NCBI GenBank assembly: GCA_963765765.1
Contig: CAVXYC010000022.1
Coordinates: 1 to 32,679 of the forward strand
DNA length: 32,679 nucleotides
Origin: an uncultured Chloroflexia bacterium
GTDB taxonomy: Bacteria > Chloroflexota > UBA6077 > JACCZL01
Direction: 5' to 3'
The notes beneath the pieces were generated by a model. That model saw only the letters and a program-made list of their open reading frames with translations, did not search any database and was not told the origin of the DNA. Made by a program: the position numbers and the translations under genes. This document shows, one piece after another, positions 1 to 9,315 of this stretch. Every line of letters begins with the position of its first letter. The stretch's first letter is position 1.

Positions 1-85
1 TTTAACTAGTCTCGGTGGCGGCCACATGCGGGCTCTGGTAAGTTGGAACTGGGCCGTGGAAGCTCCAAAACGTACAGGAAGATAG
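1..85 (+). CDS. possible 3' end of an upstream gene (partial)
   Basis: Frame 2 is open from the window edge (LTSLGGGHMRALVSWNWAVEAPKRTGR) to TAG at 83-85 and is followed by a terminator-like hairpin. Confidence 0.25.
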   Translation, partial: LTSLGGGHMRALVSWNWAVEAPKRTGR

Positions 86-97
86 GTAGTCGCAATT

Positions 98-119
98 CCC
101 GGCTCCGCCGGGGTTTTGC
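98..119 (+). terminator. putative intrinsic terminator
   Basis: CCCGGC-TCC-GCCGGG stem-loop followed by GTTTTG. Confidence 0.4.
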
Positions 120-180
120 TATTTAGGTGGTCGAACGCAGTCGAAACCACTATTCGATGCAGCTCCGCCACCGCAGTTGC

Positions 181-494
181 TCACAAATGTGGCAGTGACA
201 ATGGATCGAATCGGACTAAGCCAGTCACGAAGTGTCCGACGTTTAGCGGGAGTCGTAATGTGTCATGGTGTCCGCAGATTCCAAACGATCGAAGTCCTCG
301 GGCAAGCCGTTCGGCAGAGAAGTGCTCAGAACCCTGGACCTGACTCTGTTCGCGAATGAGACGACGGACGAAGCTCTGAATCGACTCCCCGTCTCTTTTC
401 GGTGAGCGCACCTGATCGCCAGCTCCTTGCGACTGATCGCGATGTTATAAGGGTATCGCCCGAGTGGGAACCGCTTCGGTTCAACCTGACCCAT
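181..494 (-). CDS. putative small ribbon-helix-helix DNA-binding protein (one frameshift near 415-425)
   Basis: Joining ORF 243..494 (MGQVEPKRFPLGRYPYNIAISRKEL) to the 181..411 frame (DQVRSPKRDGESIQSFVRRLIREQ) gives a strand-helix-GES-helix pattern. A promoter lies upstream. Confidence 0.35.
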
Positions 495-511
495 AACCGT
501 TGAGTCAATAC

Positions 512-541
512 ATTATGCTCTCCTTATTAGACAATCGTCAA
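512..541 (-). promoter_or_regulatory. sigma70-type promoter for the small leftward ORF
   Basis: Minus strand TTGACG (541-536), 18 bp, CATAAT (517-512). Confidence 0.4.
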
Positions 542-702
542 TCATGATGGTAAAGGCAACACATTGCCCTCGTAGGAACCAGATCAGGGCTCGCGAGTCC
601 CGAGTCTTATGGCGCAGGGAATCGATCAACTCGCCGAGCTCTTGGTCAAGTCCGCCCCCAGACCCTACGTCATGGTTTTTGGTCGGGCCTCCGGGTCAGA
701 CT

Positions 703-731
703 TTGACGTTCCTACCGTTTCCCAGTACTGT
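703..731 (+). promoter_or_regulatory. sigma70-type promoter of paralogue A1
   Basis: TTGACG (703-708), 17 bp, TACTGT (726-731). Confidence 0.55.
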
Positions 732-805
732 CATGCACGTCGGGTTGGCAGAGTTCACTAACATAGACCTCTCGGCGATGCCACCGATGACCGAAGGAGG
801 AAACC

Positions 806-1603
806 GTGGGTATCGTCACGTCACCGGGCGCGAGCTATGGCTGGCGCGCAACCGTTGGATTCATTCTTCCTGGCGACAGTTCAGCCGAAAACAGCACGTT
901 CGAGTTCTATATGATTGCGCCTCCTGGGGTGATGATGTCTCATGCCTCGCTCCGTGTCGAAGGAATGAAGCAAGAGTATTTCGATGCGGCTATTGGCCGG
1001 GCAGAAGATGCTGTCAGGATCCTGCTCGAAAGCGGAGTCGACTCTATTGTTGCGGCTGGTGTGCCTCCCATCATCACTCATGGATGGGGATTCGAGGCTG
1101 AAGTTCTGGCGAAAGTAAAGGCTCTGACGAGCCTGCCAGCTATCACCGACATCGGCGCATGCATCGAGGCAATGCATGCACTGCAAATGAAGCGGGTCGT
1201 AATGCTGACCGGCTTCAATCCCGAGCGCTACGGCGATGAGATGCACAACTATCTGACCGACTACGTCGGCCACGCTGAAATTGAAGTACTAGCATCTGAT
1301 TTCGTTTATACATCTCCCCCGACCGCGGTCAGGCGCGTACCTCTTGCAGTACCTTATCGGGCCGCCAAGACGCTCTATCGCTCCGTTGACTCTGCGGATG
1401 GTATCTGGATCACAGGCGGATTCATGCCGACGGTGGGGATGATTGATGCTCTTGAGCGGGACTCGGGTGTGCCGGTTGTAAGTAGCAAGCAGGCGCTCGC
1501 GTGGATTGGTCTTCGTATGGCCGGCATTCGAGATCGCATCGAAGGCTTCGGGAAGTTGTTCGAAAAGGACTGGCCACCAACCTCGAAGTACTTCCAAGGT
1601 TAG
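806..1603 (+). CDS. maleate isomerase/arylmalonate decarboxylase-like (Asp/Glu racemase fold) protein, paralogue A1, lacking catalytic Cys
   Basis: Intact 265-aa ORF with GTG start after AAGGAGG. Motifs GWRATVGFILP, PPGV, DGIWI, LERDSGVPVVSSKQA, GFGKLF. Confidence 0.85.
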   Translation: MGIVTSPGASYGWRATVGFILPGDSSAENSTFEFYMIAPPGVMMSHASLRVEGMKQEYFDAAIGRAEDAVRILLESGVDSIVAAGVPPIITHGWGFEAEVLAKVKALTSLPAITDIGACIEAMHALQMKRVVMLTGFNPERYGDEMHNYLTDYVGHAEIEVLASDFVYTSPPTAVRRVPLAVPYRAAKTLYRSVDSADGIWITGGFMPTVGMIDALERDSGVPVVSSKQALAWIGLRMAGIRDRIEGFGKLFEKDWPPTSKYFQG

Positions 1604-1656
1604 TGGAGTAAACAGCAGCATACTTCACGAGCTACTGAAGCATGCTGCTGTCTCCA
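1604..1656. terminator. long hairpin between convergent genes (possible bidirectional terminator)
   Basis: Paired arms TGGAG/CTCCA, ACAGCAGCAT/ATGCTGCTGT, CTTCA/TGAAG immediately after the A1 stop codon. Confidence 0.5.
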
Positions 1657-1709
1657 TGGCGAAAAGGATCGTGAATACGGCTCAGGACACGTGATGCAGA
1701 ACGGGGATA

Positions 1710-2460
1710 TTAGTACGCGCGGAAAAGCCGTCCAAACCCTTCTATACTCTCGTGTATTCCTACGCATCGCAGGCCCGCCCACATCAGAGCCTGGGCGCTC
1801 GTCACGACGGACACACGCAAATCGCGCTCGAGATCGTCGATCACCCCGACGCTTGGTGTGCTGGCTTGGGTGAGCCAAATCCCATCAACGTCGGATGCGT
1901 TCTCTTCGTAGAGACTTCGGGCTTTGCGATATATCACTTCTAAAGGTAGCGAGCTGGCATGGCGCGTCGTTTGTAGCTTGCGCAGTCGCCACAATGTCGA
2001 TTCCTGCGCCCTGCATATAGCTCTGCATATGGGCAATGATCTCTTCGCTGAACGCGTTGCCCACCATAACCACCGATTTCAGGCCTAGAGCCCGCATTGC
2101 TTTTACCGAGGCTCCCGCGTCGGTGATGAGAGGCACTGAGGTAACCTCTCGAATTCGCGCCAGGACCTCGTCCTCGTATCCCCACCCGTGGGTCACGATT
2201 GGAGGTACTCCTGCCTGGAGAATCACATCCGCGCCACGCTCAGCGATCATGCGGATGGCCGGTTCCATATTGGCGACCGCACGGTCGTACTGGGCCTGGC
2301 CCAGTCCAGTCATTCCGAGTCCGGTAATAACAAGCTCAATCCCCTGCGGCGCCATCAGGTAGAACTCGTGAACATTCGTATCCGCGACGATCGATGGAAA
2401 TACCATGCCGATTCGGGCGCGCCAGCCGTACGCGGCTCCCGGGGAATACCTGATGCCCAC
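1710..2460 (-). CDS. maleate isomerase/AMDase-like protein, paralogue B1 (frameshift near 1965)
   Basis: GTG 2460 after GGGAG. ORF 1885..2466 (PGAAYGWRARIG..QAGVPP) joins ORF 1710..2036 (DGIWLTQAS..VVTSAQA..GFGRLF). Confidence 0.8.
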
Positions 2461-2516
2461 TCGCAACTCCCATTCTAGAAAAGTAGCGCGCCTTCAACTC
2501 TGACGGCTCAGAGGAT

Positions 2517-3578
2517 CTACGCGAGCGCGTAGAAATGCCGAGCGTTCTCACTCACGATCTTTGACACGACGCCTGGCCGTAGCTTTCCGCTCCTCCCCCA
2601 GTCGACCACCACCTCATGGGCCTTGAGCTCACCCGATAGATCGCCATGCGCGTAATCCGTCCCGATCATGATGTTGTCCTCGGCGCCGTACTGATCCACA
2701 AGGCAGGCGACGTCGTCTTCGGTATCGCAGGTAACGAAAAACCGATGGTATTTCAAGAACCCGGCTTTGAAATCAGGGATCGGGTATTTAGAAGATCCAT
2801 CCCTCATGCCGAGCTGCTTGAGCAACAGCGGAATCCACGACGCGCCCGCCTCGATGAAGCCGAAGCGCAAGGTGGGGAACCGTTCCGGAATCCGAGCCTG
2901 GGCCAGGGAGTGGAACGCGGCTAGTACGTTGTAGAACTGCATCGAGGCGCTCTCGCTTGCGTTCGAGACGTTGTTGCCGTCTCCAGTGTGGAAGCAGATA
3001 GGCATGTCGAGACGCTCTGCTTCCGCATAGAGAGGAAAGAAGTAGGGGTCGCTTGCGGGGCGGTTGTATTCCACCCCCTTTTTCATGACAGCGCACGCAC
3101 CATTGTGTCGTGCCCACTCCATGTCTTTGACCGCGCGATCCATCGTCAACACTGGTGGAAGGTATGCCCAGCGCAGCCGGCCGTTGGCACTGCTTGTTCT
3201 CGCCGCCAACCACCGATTGTAGGCTCCGTGCACGGCTACCTCGACTTCCGGCTCATCCGTGACCACGTGAATGAACATGGTGGGGTAAATGATCTGTACA
3301 TCGAACCCCATCTCATCCATATGCTTCAGGCGAGCACCAACGTCTAACAGCTCTCGAGTCGCCTCAGTTGTTCCAGTCTGAACGTCGTCGCGATCACGCT
3401 TCAGCCGTAATTGCCCGGCCACCATCCAGAGTTTGTGCGGACGCTTATCGCGCGCCAGGAATCCCTTACCGTTCGGTGGCTCCAAGAGGTAAGGCTTGTA
3501 GCGCGCTTCCTCTGGCAACACGTAGTCCCATGTTTCGATGGTTTCGTCCACATGAGCGTCGGCATCAATAAAGCCCAT
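2517..3578 (-). CDS. amidohydrolase_2 family metallo-hydrolase/decarboxylase (copy 1)
   Basis: Intact 353 aa with IDADAH, YNRWLA, FFPLYAEAERLDMPICFH, FIEAGASW, GTDYAHGD, ENARHFY. Confidence 0.85.
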   Translation of the reverse strand: MGFIDADAHVDETIETWDYVLPEEARYKPYLLEPPNGKGFLARDKRPHKLWMVAGQLRLKRDRDDVQTGTTEATRELLDVGARLKHMDEMGFDVQIIYPTMFIHVVTDEPEVEVAVHGAYNRWLAARTSSANGRLRWAYLPPVLTMDRAVKDMEWARHNGACAVMKKGVEYNRPASDPYFFPLYAEAERLDMPICFHTGDGNNVSNASESASMQFYNVLAAFHSLAQARIPERFPTLRFGFIEAGASWIPLLLKQLGMRDGSSKYPIPDFKAGFLKYHRFFVTCDTEDDVACLVDQYGAEDNIMIGTDYAHGDLSGELKAHEVVVDWGRSGKLRPGVVSKIVSENARHFYALA

Positions 3579-3612
3579 TTCAACTCACCTTAAATGGCAA
3601 GGAATGTCCGCG

Positions 3613-3641
3613 AGAATAGCACCGCCGGTTCACCGAGTCAA
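3613..3641 (-). promoter_or_regulatory. sigma70-type promoter of the amidohydrolase-B1 unit
   Basis: Minus strand TTGACT, 17 bp, TATTCT with extended -10 TG. Confidence 0.6.
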
Positions 3642-3707
3642 TCGGATGCGCGATCAACTCGGACTCAGCAAGATAACTCCGCACGCCGCTGGAAATCGCC
3701 CAGCTTT

Positions 3708-3992
3708 TCAGCCGGATGCTGAGACATCGGGCGCTACGTGTCCCTTCATTCGGAGAACGTAAGTTTCGGGGGTGAGTCCAGCGATTCCGGCTCTCGCGAG
3801 TCGGCTTAGCAGATAACCGTGCGCGCCAAGGTCGTGCAGAGTCCGAACGTCACCCCTAAGCAGCGCAGTTCGCTCGGCGTCGGTAAGCATGAACTCCTGA
3901 AGTGTTGCCGCGGGATCGATCTTCAGGCGCTCTCGAAACTCGTCATCTCTACCAAGCTGCCGGCAGATCTTCAGTATTGAATAAACGCTCAT
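3708..3992 (-). CDS. LigA-like small subunit of aromatic ring-opening dioxygenase
   Basis: ATG 3992 after GAGGAG. FRERLKIDP..LTDAERTALLRGDV..LGAHGYLL matches the LigA pattern, and the gene lies directly downstream of the LigB-like gene. Confidence 0.7.
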   Translation of the reverse strand: MSVYSILKICRQLGRDDEFRERLKIDPAATLQEFMLTDAERTALLRGDVRTLHDLGAHGYLLSRLARAGIAGLTPETYVLRMKGHVAPDVSASG

Positions 3993-4055
3993 GTGAGGCT
4001 CCTCGCGTTGTGTTGGGATGATCTTCCCTGCTTCCAAACGTGTCTGGTCTGCTCA

Positions 4056-4878
4056 TCAGGCTATGTGCCATGCGGCGTACGCATGCCCAGCATGAGACTG
4101 CTGCTCGAGGAAGCTGGGGCGGTGTTCGCCGATCGCACCCAACATGGCGATCCAATTGAGTAGCTCACCGCCGACGTTTCCCGCTTTTACCAACCGATCG
4201 GTCGTCGCACGCGCAACCAAGTCCTTGAGAGCGGCGTGTTCCAGTGCCTCCATGATTGACTGGACCCATTCAGGGTCAGGGTAGCTGTTCATCTGTCCCG
4301 GAGCCCCGGATGCCGCCGATGTCCAATGAAAAGCTGCCACTTCCAAGAACGCCAACTCGCATTGCTGAAGGCCATGATTCCACGGCGCTTCGTACCGCTC
4401 CTCCCAACGCATAACAGCGATCCGCCCTGGGTAACGGCTCCACAATACCTGCCAGAAAGATCGGGACGATGGGAGTGCGCATCTGCGGGAGGAGGAAATG
4501 GAGGGGAACCAGAAATGAGTGATCGAGATCAAATTCCTGGGCAACGCCGAGATCGAAAGACTGTCCGATACCCGTCGCGCGAATGTGAGCACCAAGCTCT
4601 GCATCAACGGGCACAACATAGCTCGGCATTCGAGTCTGGTCATTGGGCCCGGCCGCCTGGTCAGTGATACCCACGCTCAGGAGCGGCAGATTGTCCAGGA
4701 AGAAGGTATTCATGTGATCAGAGCTAAAGCAGACGAGCACGTCCAGCTCCGATTTCGTCACACGATCGGCTACGGCGTCATAGAGCTTGGCAACCTCCGA
4801 ATTCGGACCTTCTCGACGCACCAAGTCGGGATAGTTCGGATTGTGTGGTACACCAAACCCGGCAACGATCTGCGCCAT
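4056..4878 (-). CDS. LigB-family (class III) extradiol dioxygenase catalytic subunit (frameshift near 4305-4335)
   Basis: MAQIVAGFGVPH, SDHMNTFFLD, LDHSFLVPL, then in the next frame PDPEW..AGNVGGELLNWIAMLG. Confidence 0.8.
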
Positions 4879-5353
4879 TCTCAGACCTACCTCAACACTT
4901 AGTGGTTGCTGTGCTAAGTATGTGCCACGCGGGCCCCGGTGAGATCGCGCTGATAGAAGGCGCTGGACTCCCTAAGTCTCCGGTCCGCCGCACGCAACTT
5001 CCATTAATTCCCGCTCATCCACTAGTTCACGCGCTCAGTAGCAACCCAATAGTACATCCAGATCTGACAGGCATACTGCCTTAATCTGCGAACGATCTCT
5101 CCATCCTGCTGCTGGGCAGGTTGCCAATCACTCGGTTAACCCGTCCTGCAATGGAGGCGTCGGGAATAACGCAATCTCAGATTGTCGGGTTCTGAGGCAG
5201 TCGAACGTGGGGTGTATGATTTGGATTCAGAAAAGTCCCGACCGGTCTCGACTGCATTCGATCGGGGTTAACGCGCGACCTACGTAATAGCGATAGTTCG
5301 TCGGCCTCCCGCGGGCGGGCCAAACGACACGCTCGTTGCGACCAAAGGCGATC

Positions 5354-6468
5354 ATGACGATTTCTGACCACTGGCAAACGATTCCCGACATTGTTCAGGC
5401 CGCTCGGGCTGCTATGCCGTCGCCCCTCTGGCAGTTCTCCGGTAGTGGTCCCGAATCGGAAATTAGCCTGAGACGGAATCGCGCTGCGTACGATCGCCTC
5501 GCGTTGCTCCTCGCTTGTTACGCGATGTAAGTTCGAGGGATCTCTCGACGACGGTGCTTGGCCATCGTTTGACTCTGCCCGTGATGCTGGCTCCGATCGG
5601 TTTGATCCAGCTATTCCATCCGGACGGCGCGGTGGCGCAAGCGAGGGTTGCAGACCGTGCCGGCACGATCACCTTCATAGGGACTAATTCTGAGCCCGGA
5701 CTCGAGGACGTTCGTGCCGCTTGCCGAGGGCCTATCGTCTTCCAGCTTTATACCTATGGTGATCGCGATTGGATTCGTAGATTTGTGCAACGCGTGGAAA
5801 ACGCTGGGTATGATGCGATCTGTCTTACCGTTGACTGCCCCGACGCGGGCCTGAGAGATCGCTATCTTCAGAACGATTTCGAGGATCGTGCACGAGGCGG
5901 CAAACGTCCGAACGTTGAGCCCATGCCAACTGTGGTGAATCGCTCAGAACAAAACGACTATCTCGGACGATTTACCTGGGACGATCTAGCCTGGCTACGT
6001 GAAAACACGCGCTTACCACTGATCCTCAAGGGAATCCTTTCACAACATGACGCCAAACTCGCCGTGGAGCACGGCGTCAACGTGATCCATGTGTCCAATC
6101 ATGGAGGAAGGCGACAAGACCAGCTACCTGCGACGCTGGACGTGCTTCCTTCAATAGTCAAAGCCGTAGACAGTCGTGCCGAGATCATCTTCGACGGCGG
6201 AATCATGCGCGGCACGGATGTAGTTAAGGCATTGGCCCTAGGGGCTCAATCAGTTCTGATTGGCAAATTGATGATGTGGGCACTCGGCGCTGGGGGCGAT
6301 GAGGGGCTGTGTCGGGCGCTCGAAATCCTCTCAAGGGAGATCGGCGCTACGATGGCGAACGTTGGGGCCGCGACCATCTCAGATCTCACCCCAGATATGG
6401 TCATTCCCAGTTTCGATCCACCCATCACACCGTGGCCTGTGGAACCGATGTCGCTGCGCGAGGCCTAG
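5354..6468 (+). CDS. FMN-dependent alpha-hydroxy acid oxidase/dehydrogenase (frameshift near 5510)
   Basis: SLRRNRAAY, LRDVS, LAPIG, FQLY, LTVD, LKGI, VSNHGGR, DGGIMRGTDVVKALALGA. Confidence 0.85.
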
Positions 6469-6478
6469 GGCACCGGAC

Positions 6479-7246
6479 CTACCCGGCCGCTGACTCCCTA
6501 GCAAACAGGCGGCCGAATCCTTGAATAGGTTCGTGAATACCGGCGGTCCGCAAGCCGGCCCAGGCCAGCGCTTGAGCGCTCGTAACTACTGGTACACCAA
6601 GATCTTCCTCAAGGGCTTCAATGACACCCACGCTCGGGATATTGGCTTGCGTCAGCCAGATGCCGTCAGCCTGGCCCCTGTGTTCCTGATAAAGCTTCCT
6701 CGCGCCCCGAAAAACAACTTCCAACGGCGCGCAGCCTGCGCTGGGCGAGCGGACATTCGCTAGCTGACTGTTCGCGACAAGCTCGATCCCCGCTGACTGG
6801 AGATACCGGCGGATATGCTCGACGAGCTCTGGATTGTAGGAGTTGCCCATCATCACGATCGATCGAAGCCCCACCACGCGCATTGCCCTGATTGATGCCC
6901 CAACGTCGGTGATGAATGGAATTGACGTCAGCTTGGCGACCCGTGTGCGGACCTCGTCTTCGAAACCCCATCCATGCGTCACGATCGGGGGCACCCCCGC
7001 CTGAAGTATGACATCGGCGCCATGTTCCACTACTCGGGCGACACACTCGTCGACCGCGGCGATTGCTCGGTCATACCCCTCCTGATTCGTGACGGTGAGA
7101 CCTAACGATGACAAAATGAGCGTTACTCCCGGCGGTGCCATCAGATAGAACTCGTGGATGTTGGTGTCCGCAACGACTGGTGGGACGAGTAGAGCCACTC
7201 GAGCACGCCAGCCGTATGAAGCGCCCTGTGAGTACGGGATCCCCAT
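6479..7246 (-). CDS. maleate isomerase/AMDase-like protein, paralogue B2
   Basis: Intact, ATG 7246 after GGAGG. GASYGWRARV, QAGVPP, DGIWLTQAN, VVTSAQA. Last gene of the Dpp-type operon. Confidence 0.85.
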   Translation of the reverse strand: MGIPYSQGASYGWRARVALLVPPVVADTNIHEFYLMAPPGVTLILSSLGLTVTNQEGYDRAIAAVDECVARVVEHGADVILQAGVPPIVTHGWGFEDEVRTRVAKLTSIPFITDVGASIRAMRVVGLRSIVMMGNSYNPELVEHIRRYLQSAGIELVANSQLANVRSPSAGCAPLEVVFRGARKLYQEHRGQADGIWLTQANIPSVGVIEALEEDLGVPVVTSAQALAWAGLRTAGIHEPIQGFGRLFARESAAG

Positions 7247-7300
7247 CTGTTCCTCCTGCATGTCCCGTGATTCCTCTTCGCCCGTTGGTCGTCTGTATCG

Positions 7301-8236
7301 TCACCGGCCTCGCAGCTTCGGGTCCAGAATATCTCGGATTGAGTCGCCCAGAAAGTTGAAAGCGAGGACCGTGGCGCTCAAAGCGACCGCTGGAGAGAGT
7401 AGGAGCCAGGGAGCAACCAACATGTATTGCCGCCCATCAGCGGTCAGCATTCCGCCCCAGGTGGCCAGAGGCGGCGGCGCCGCGAGCCCCAGAAAGCTCA
7501 GTGTGGACTCCGTAACGATCGCGGCCCCAATGCTCGTCGAGAACACGATCGTGGTTGTCGCCACGATATTGGGCAGGATGTGCTGAATAAGAATCCGGAG
7601 GTCTCTGGCACCTACCGTTCGTGCTGATTCGATGTACTGCTCCTGCCTTACCGAGAACACGTCGCTCCGAATGATCCGATTCGCCCGTGGAATCTGAGTG
7701 ATTCCGATTGCGAGCGCCGTCACGCTTAAGTCCTTGCCAAATATCGCCACCAACATCATCGCGAGGATGAGCGTCGGGATTGCCTGCATGGAATCGGTGA
7801 TCCGCTGAACGACCAGGTCCAGAGGGCCGCCACGATACCCGCAGATAACGCCCAGGATCAGCCCTCCCAGGGTCCCTACCAGCACTGCGCCCACTCCAAC
7901 GCCAAGCGAGATTCGTGCGCCGAAGATAAGTCGACTGAGCACGTCACGACCTTGACCATCGGTGCCTAACCAGTGGACCATCCCTGCTTGATCCACAAAT
8001 CCTGGCGGTTGCAGCGAATCCCTGATCGATTGTTTGAGCGGATCCTGCGGCGCCACAGCCTCCGCAAACAGCGCGCAGAACAAAACCACCAGAAGCACGC
8101 AGGAGGAGGCTGCCCCAAGAGGTTGGTCCTTCAGGATCCGCCAGGCCGCCGACCGCTTCTTGGGACCGACCCGGACCGGAACGGGAAGAGCCGATGGCAG
8201 AGCAAGCTCGTGCGCCTGACCTTGGGCTTGAACCAT
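7301..8236 (-). CDS. peptide/nickel ABC transporter permease (DppC/OppC-like)
   Basis: HWLGTDGQGRDVLSRLIFGARISL, YIESARTVGA (EAA loop), HILPN, FNFLGDSIRDILDP. Confidence 0.9.
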   Translation of the reverse strand: MVQAQGQAHELALPSALPVPVRVGPKKRSAAWRILKDQPLGAASSCVLLVVLFCALFAEAVAPQDPLKQSIRDSLQPPGFVDQAGMVHWLGTDGQGRDVLSRLIFGARISLGVGVGAVLVGTLGGLILGVICGYRGGPLDLVVQRITDSMQAIPTLILAMMLVAIFGKDLSVTALAIGITQIPRANRIIRSDVFSVRQEQYIESARTVGARDLRILIQHILPNIVATTTIVFSTSIGAAIVTESTLSFLGLAAPPPLATWGGMLTADGRQYMLVAPWLLLSPAVALSATVLAFNFLGDSIRDILDPKLRGR

Positions 8237-8307
8237 TCGAACTACCTGGCGCGGGACATTAGTCTTGCCAATGACCTCGGATTGATACGTCTGTCACGAT
8301 GCATGAT

Positions 8308-9264
8308 CTATCGATATTGAATTCGCGGATCCAGCCACACGTAGCTGATGTCCACTAGCAGATTGACAAGCAGGTAGACGATAAGCAGGTAGATGACACA
8401 TGCCAGGGTCTGCGGAAAGTCACCGCGAAGAATTGACGTGAGCGTGAGCTGCCCCAGTCCGGGCAGCGAGTAAATTTGTTCGACGACGACGCTCCCTCCC
8501 AGGGTCGCTCCGAGTTGAGTACCGAGCACGGTTACCGCTGGAATCAAGGCGTTCCGAAATGCATGTCCGTAGACAACGCGCCCCTCCACCAGCCCTTTCG
8601 CACGCGCGGTTCGAACATAGTCGTTGCGGAACACTTCAAGCATGGACGATCGGAGAATCCGAACCTTTGTTGCGCTGACCGAGGCCGCCAGCGCCAGGAG
8701 CGGCAGCGATATCTGCGTGAGGTGCTTCCCAAGGTTCTCCCAGGGCGCAGCATATCCAATAGGTGGGGCCCATCCCCATAACATCGCTGGTCCCAGGAGC
8801 AGGACCGTTGCGATCACGAAATTCGGGATAGATAGTCCGATCACGGCGATGAATCGCGACGCGTAGTCGAACCAGCTGCCCCGGTTGGCAGCTGATATGA
8901 CGCCCAGTGGGACACCAATGGCAACAGCGATGATCATCGCGAAAAGCGTAATCTCGAATGTGACTGGCAGGGTTTCGACGATGTGCTGAACGACTGGCCG
9001 CCCCGATCCCCAGGATGTTCCGAGGCCACCTCGTACGGCACCCCACAGCCAGGTCACATACTGAATATGAATTGGCTTATCGAGGCCGAACTCCTGGCGC
9101 AGTCGTTCCCGCACCACCGGATCGTGCGCACCGGGACTGTTAAGGAGCTTCTCCTCAATGATGTCCACCGGCGCATACAGGCGGAGTGAGAAGAAAATGA
9201 TGGCGGAGGCACCCAGCAACACAGGGAACAGCGCCAGCACACGCCTGATGCAGTACTCAGCCAT
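8308..9264 (-). CDS. peptide/nickel ABC transporter permease (DppB/OppB-like)
   Basis: FGLDKP..QYVTWL, DYVRTARAKGL, HAFRNALIP, VNLLVDISYVWLDPRI. Confidence 0.9.
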   Translation of the reverse strand: MAEYCIRRVLALFPVLLGASAIIFFSLRLYAPVDIIEEKLLNSPGAHDPVVRERLRQEFGLDKPIHIQYVTWLWGAVRGGLGTSWGSGRPVVQHIVETLPVTFEITLFAMIIAVAIGVPLGVISAANRGSWFDYASRFIAVIGLSIPNFVIATVLLLGPAMLWGWAPPIGYAAPWENLGKHLTQISLPLLALAASVSATKVRILRSSMLEVFRNDYVRTARAKGLVEGRVVYGHAFRNALIPAVTVLGTQLGATLGGSVVVEQIYSLPGLGQLTLTSILRGDFPQTLACVIYLLIVYLLVNLLVDISYVWLDPRIQYR

Positions 9265-9315
9265 CAGAGATTATCACGACCCGTAAGGGCTACCCTCGCC
9301 GCAGTCGGGGACCAC

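Noticed and set aside
5210-5350. Possible riboswitch or structured leader before the FMN oxidase
   Set aside because: Some pairing potential, but no recognisable riboswitch consensus such as the FMN aptamer. An Rfam search would be needed.
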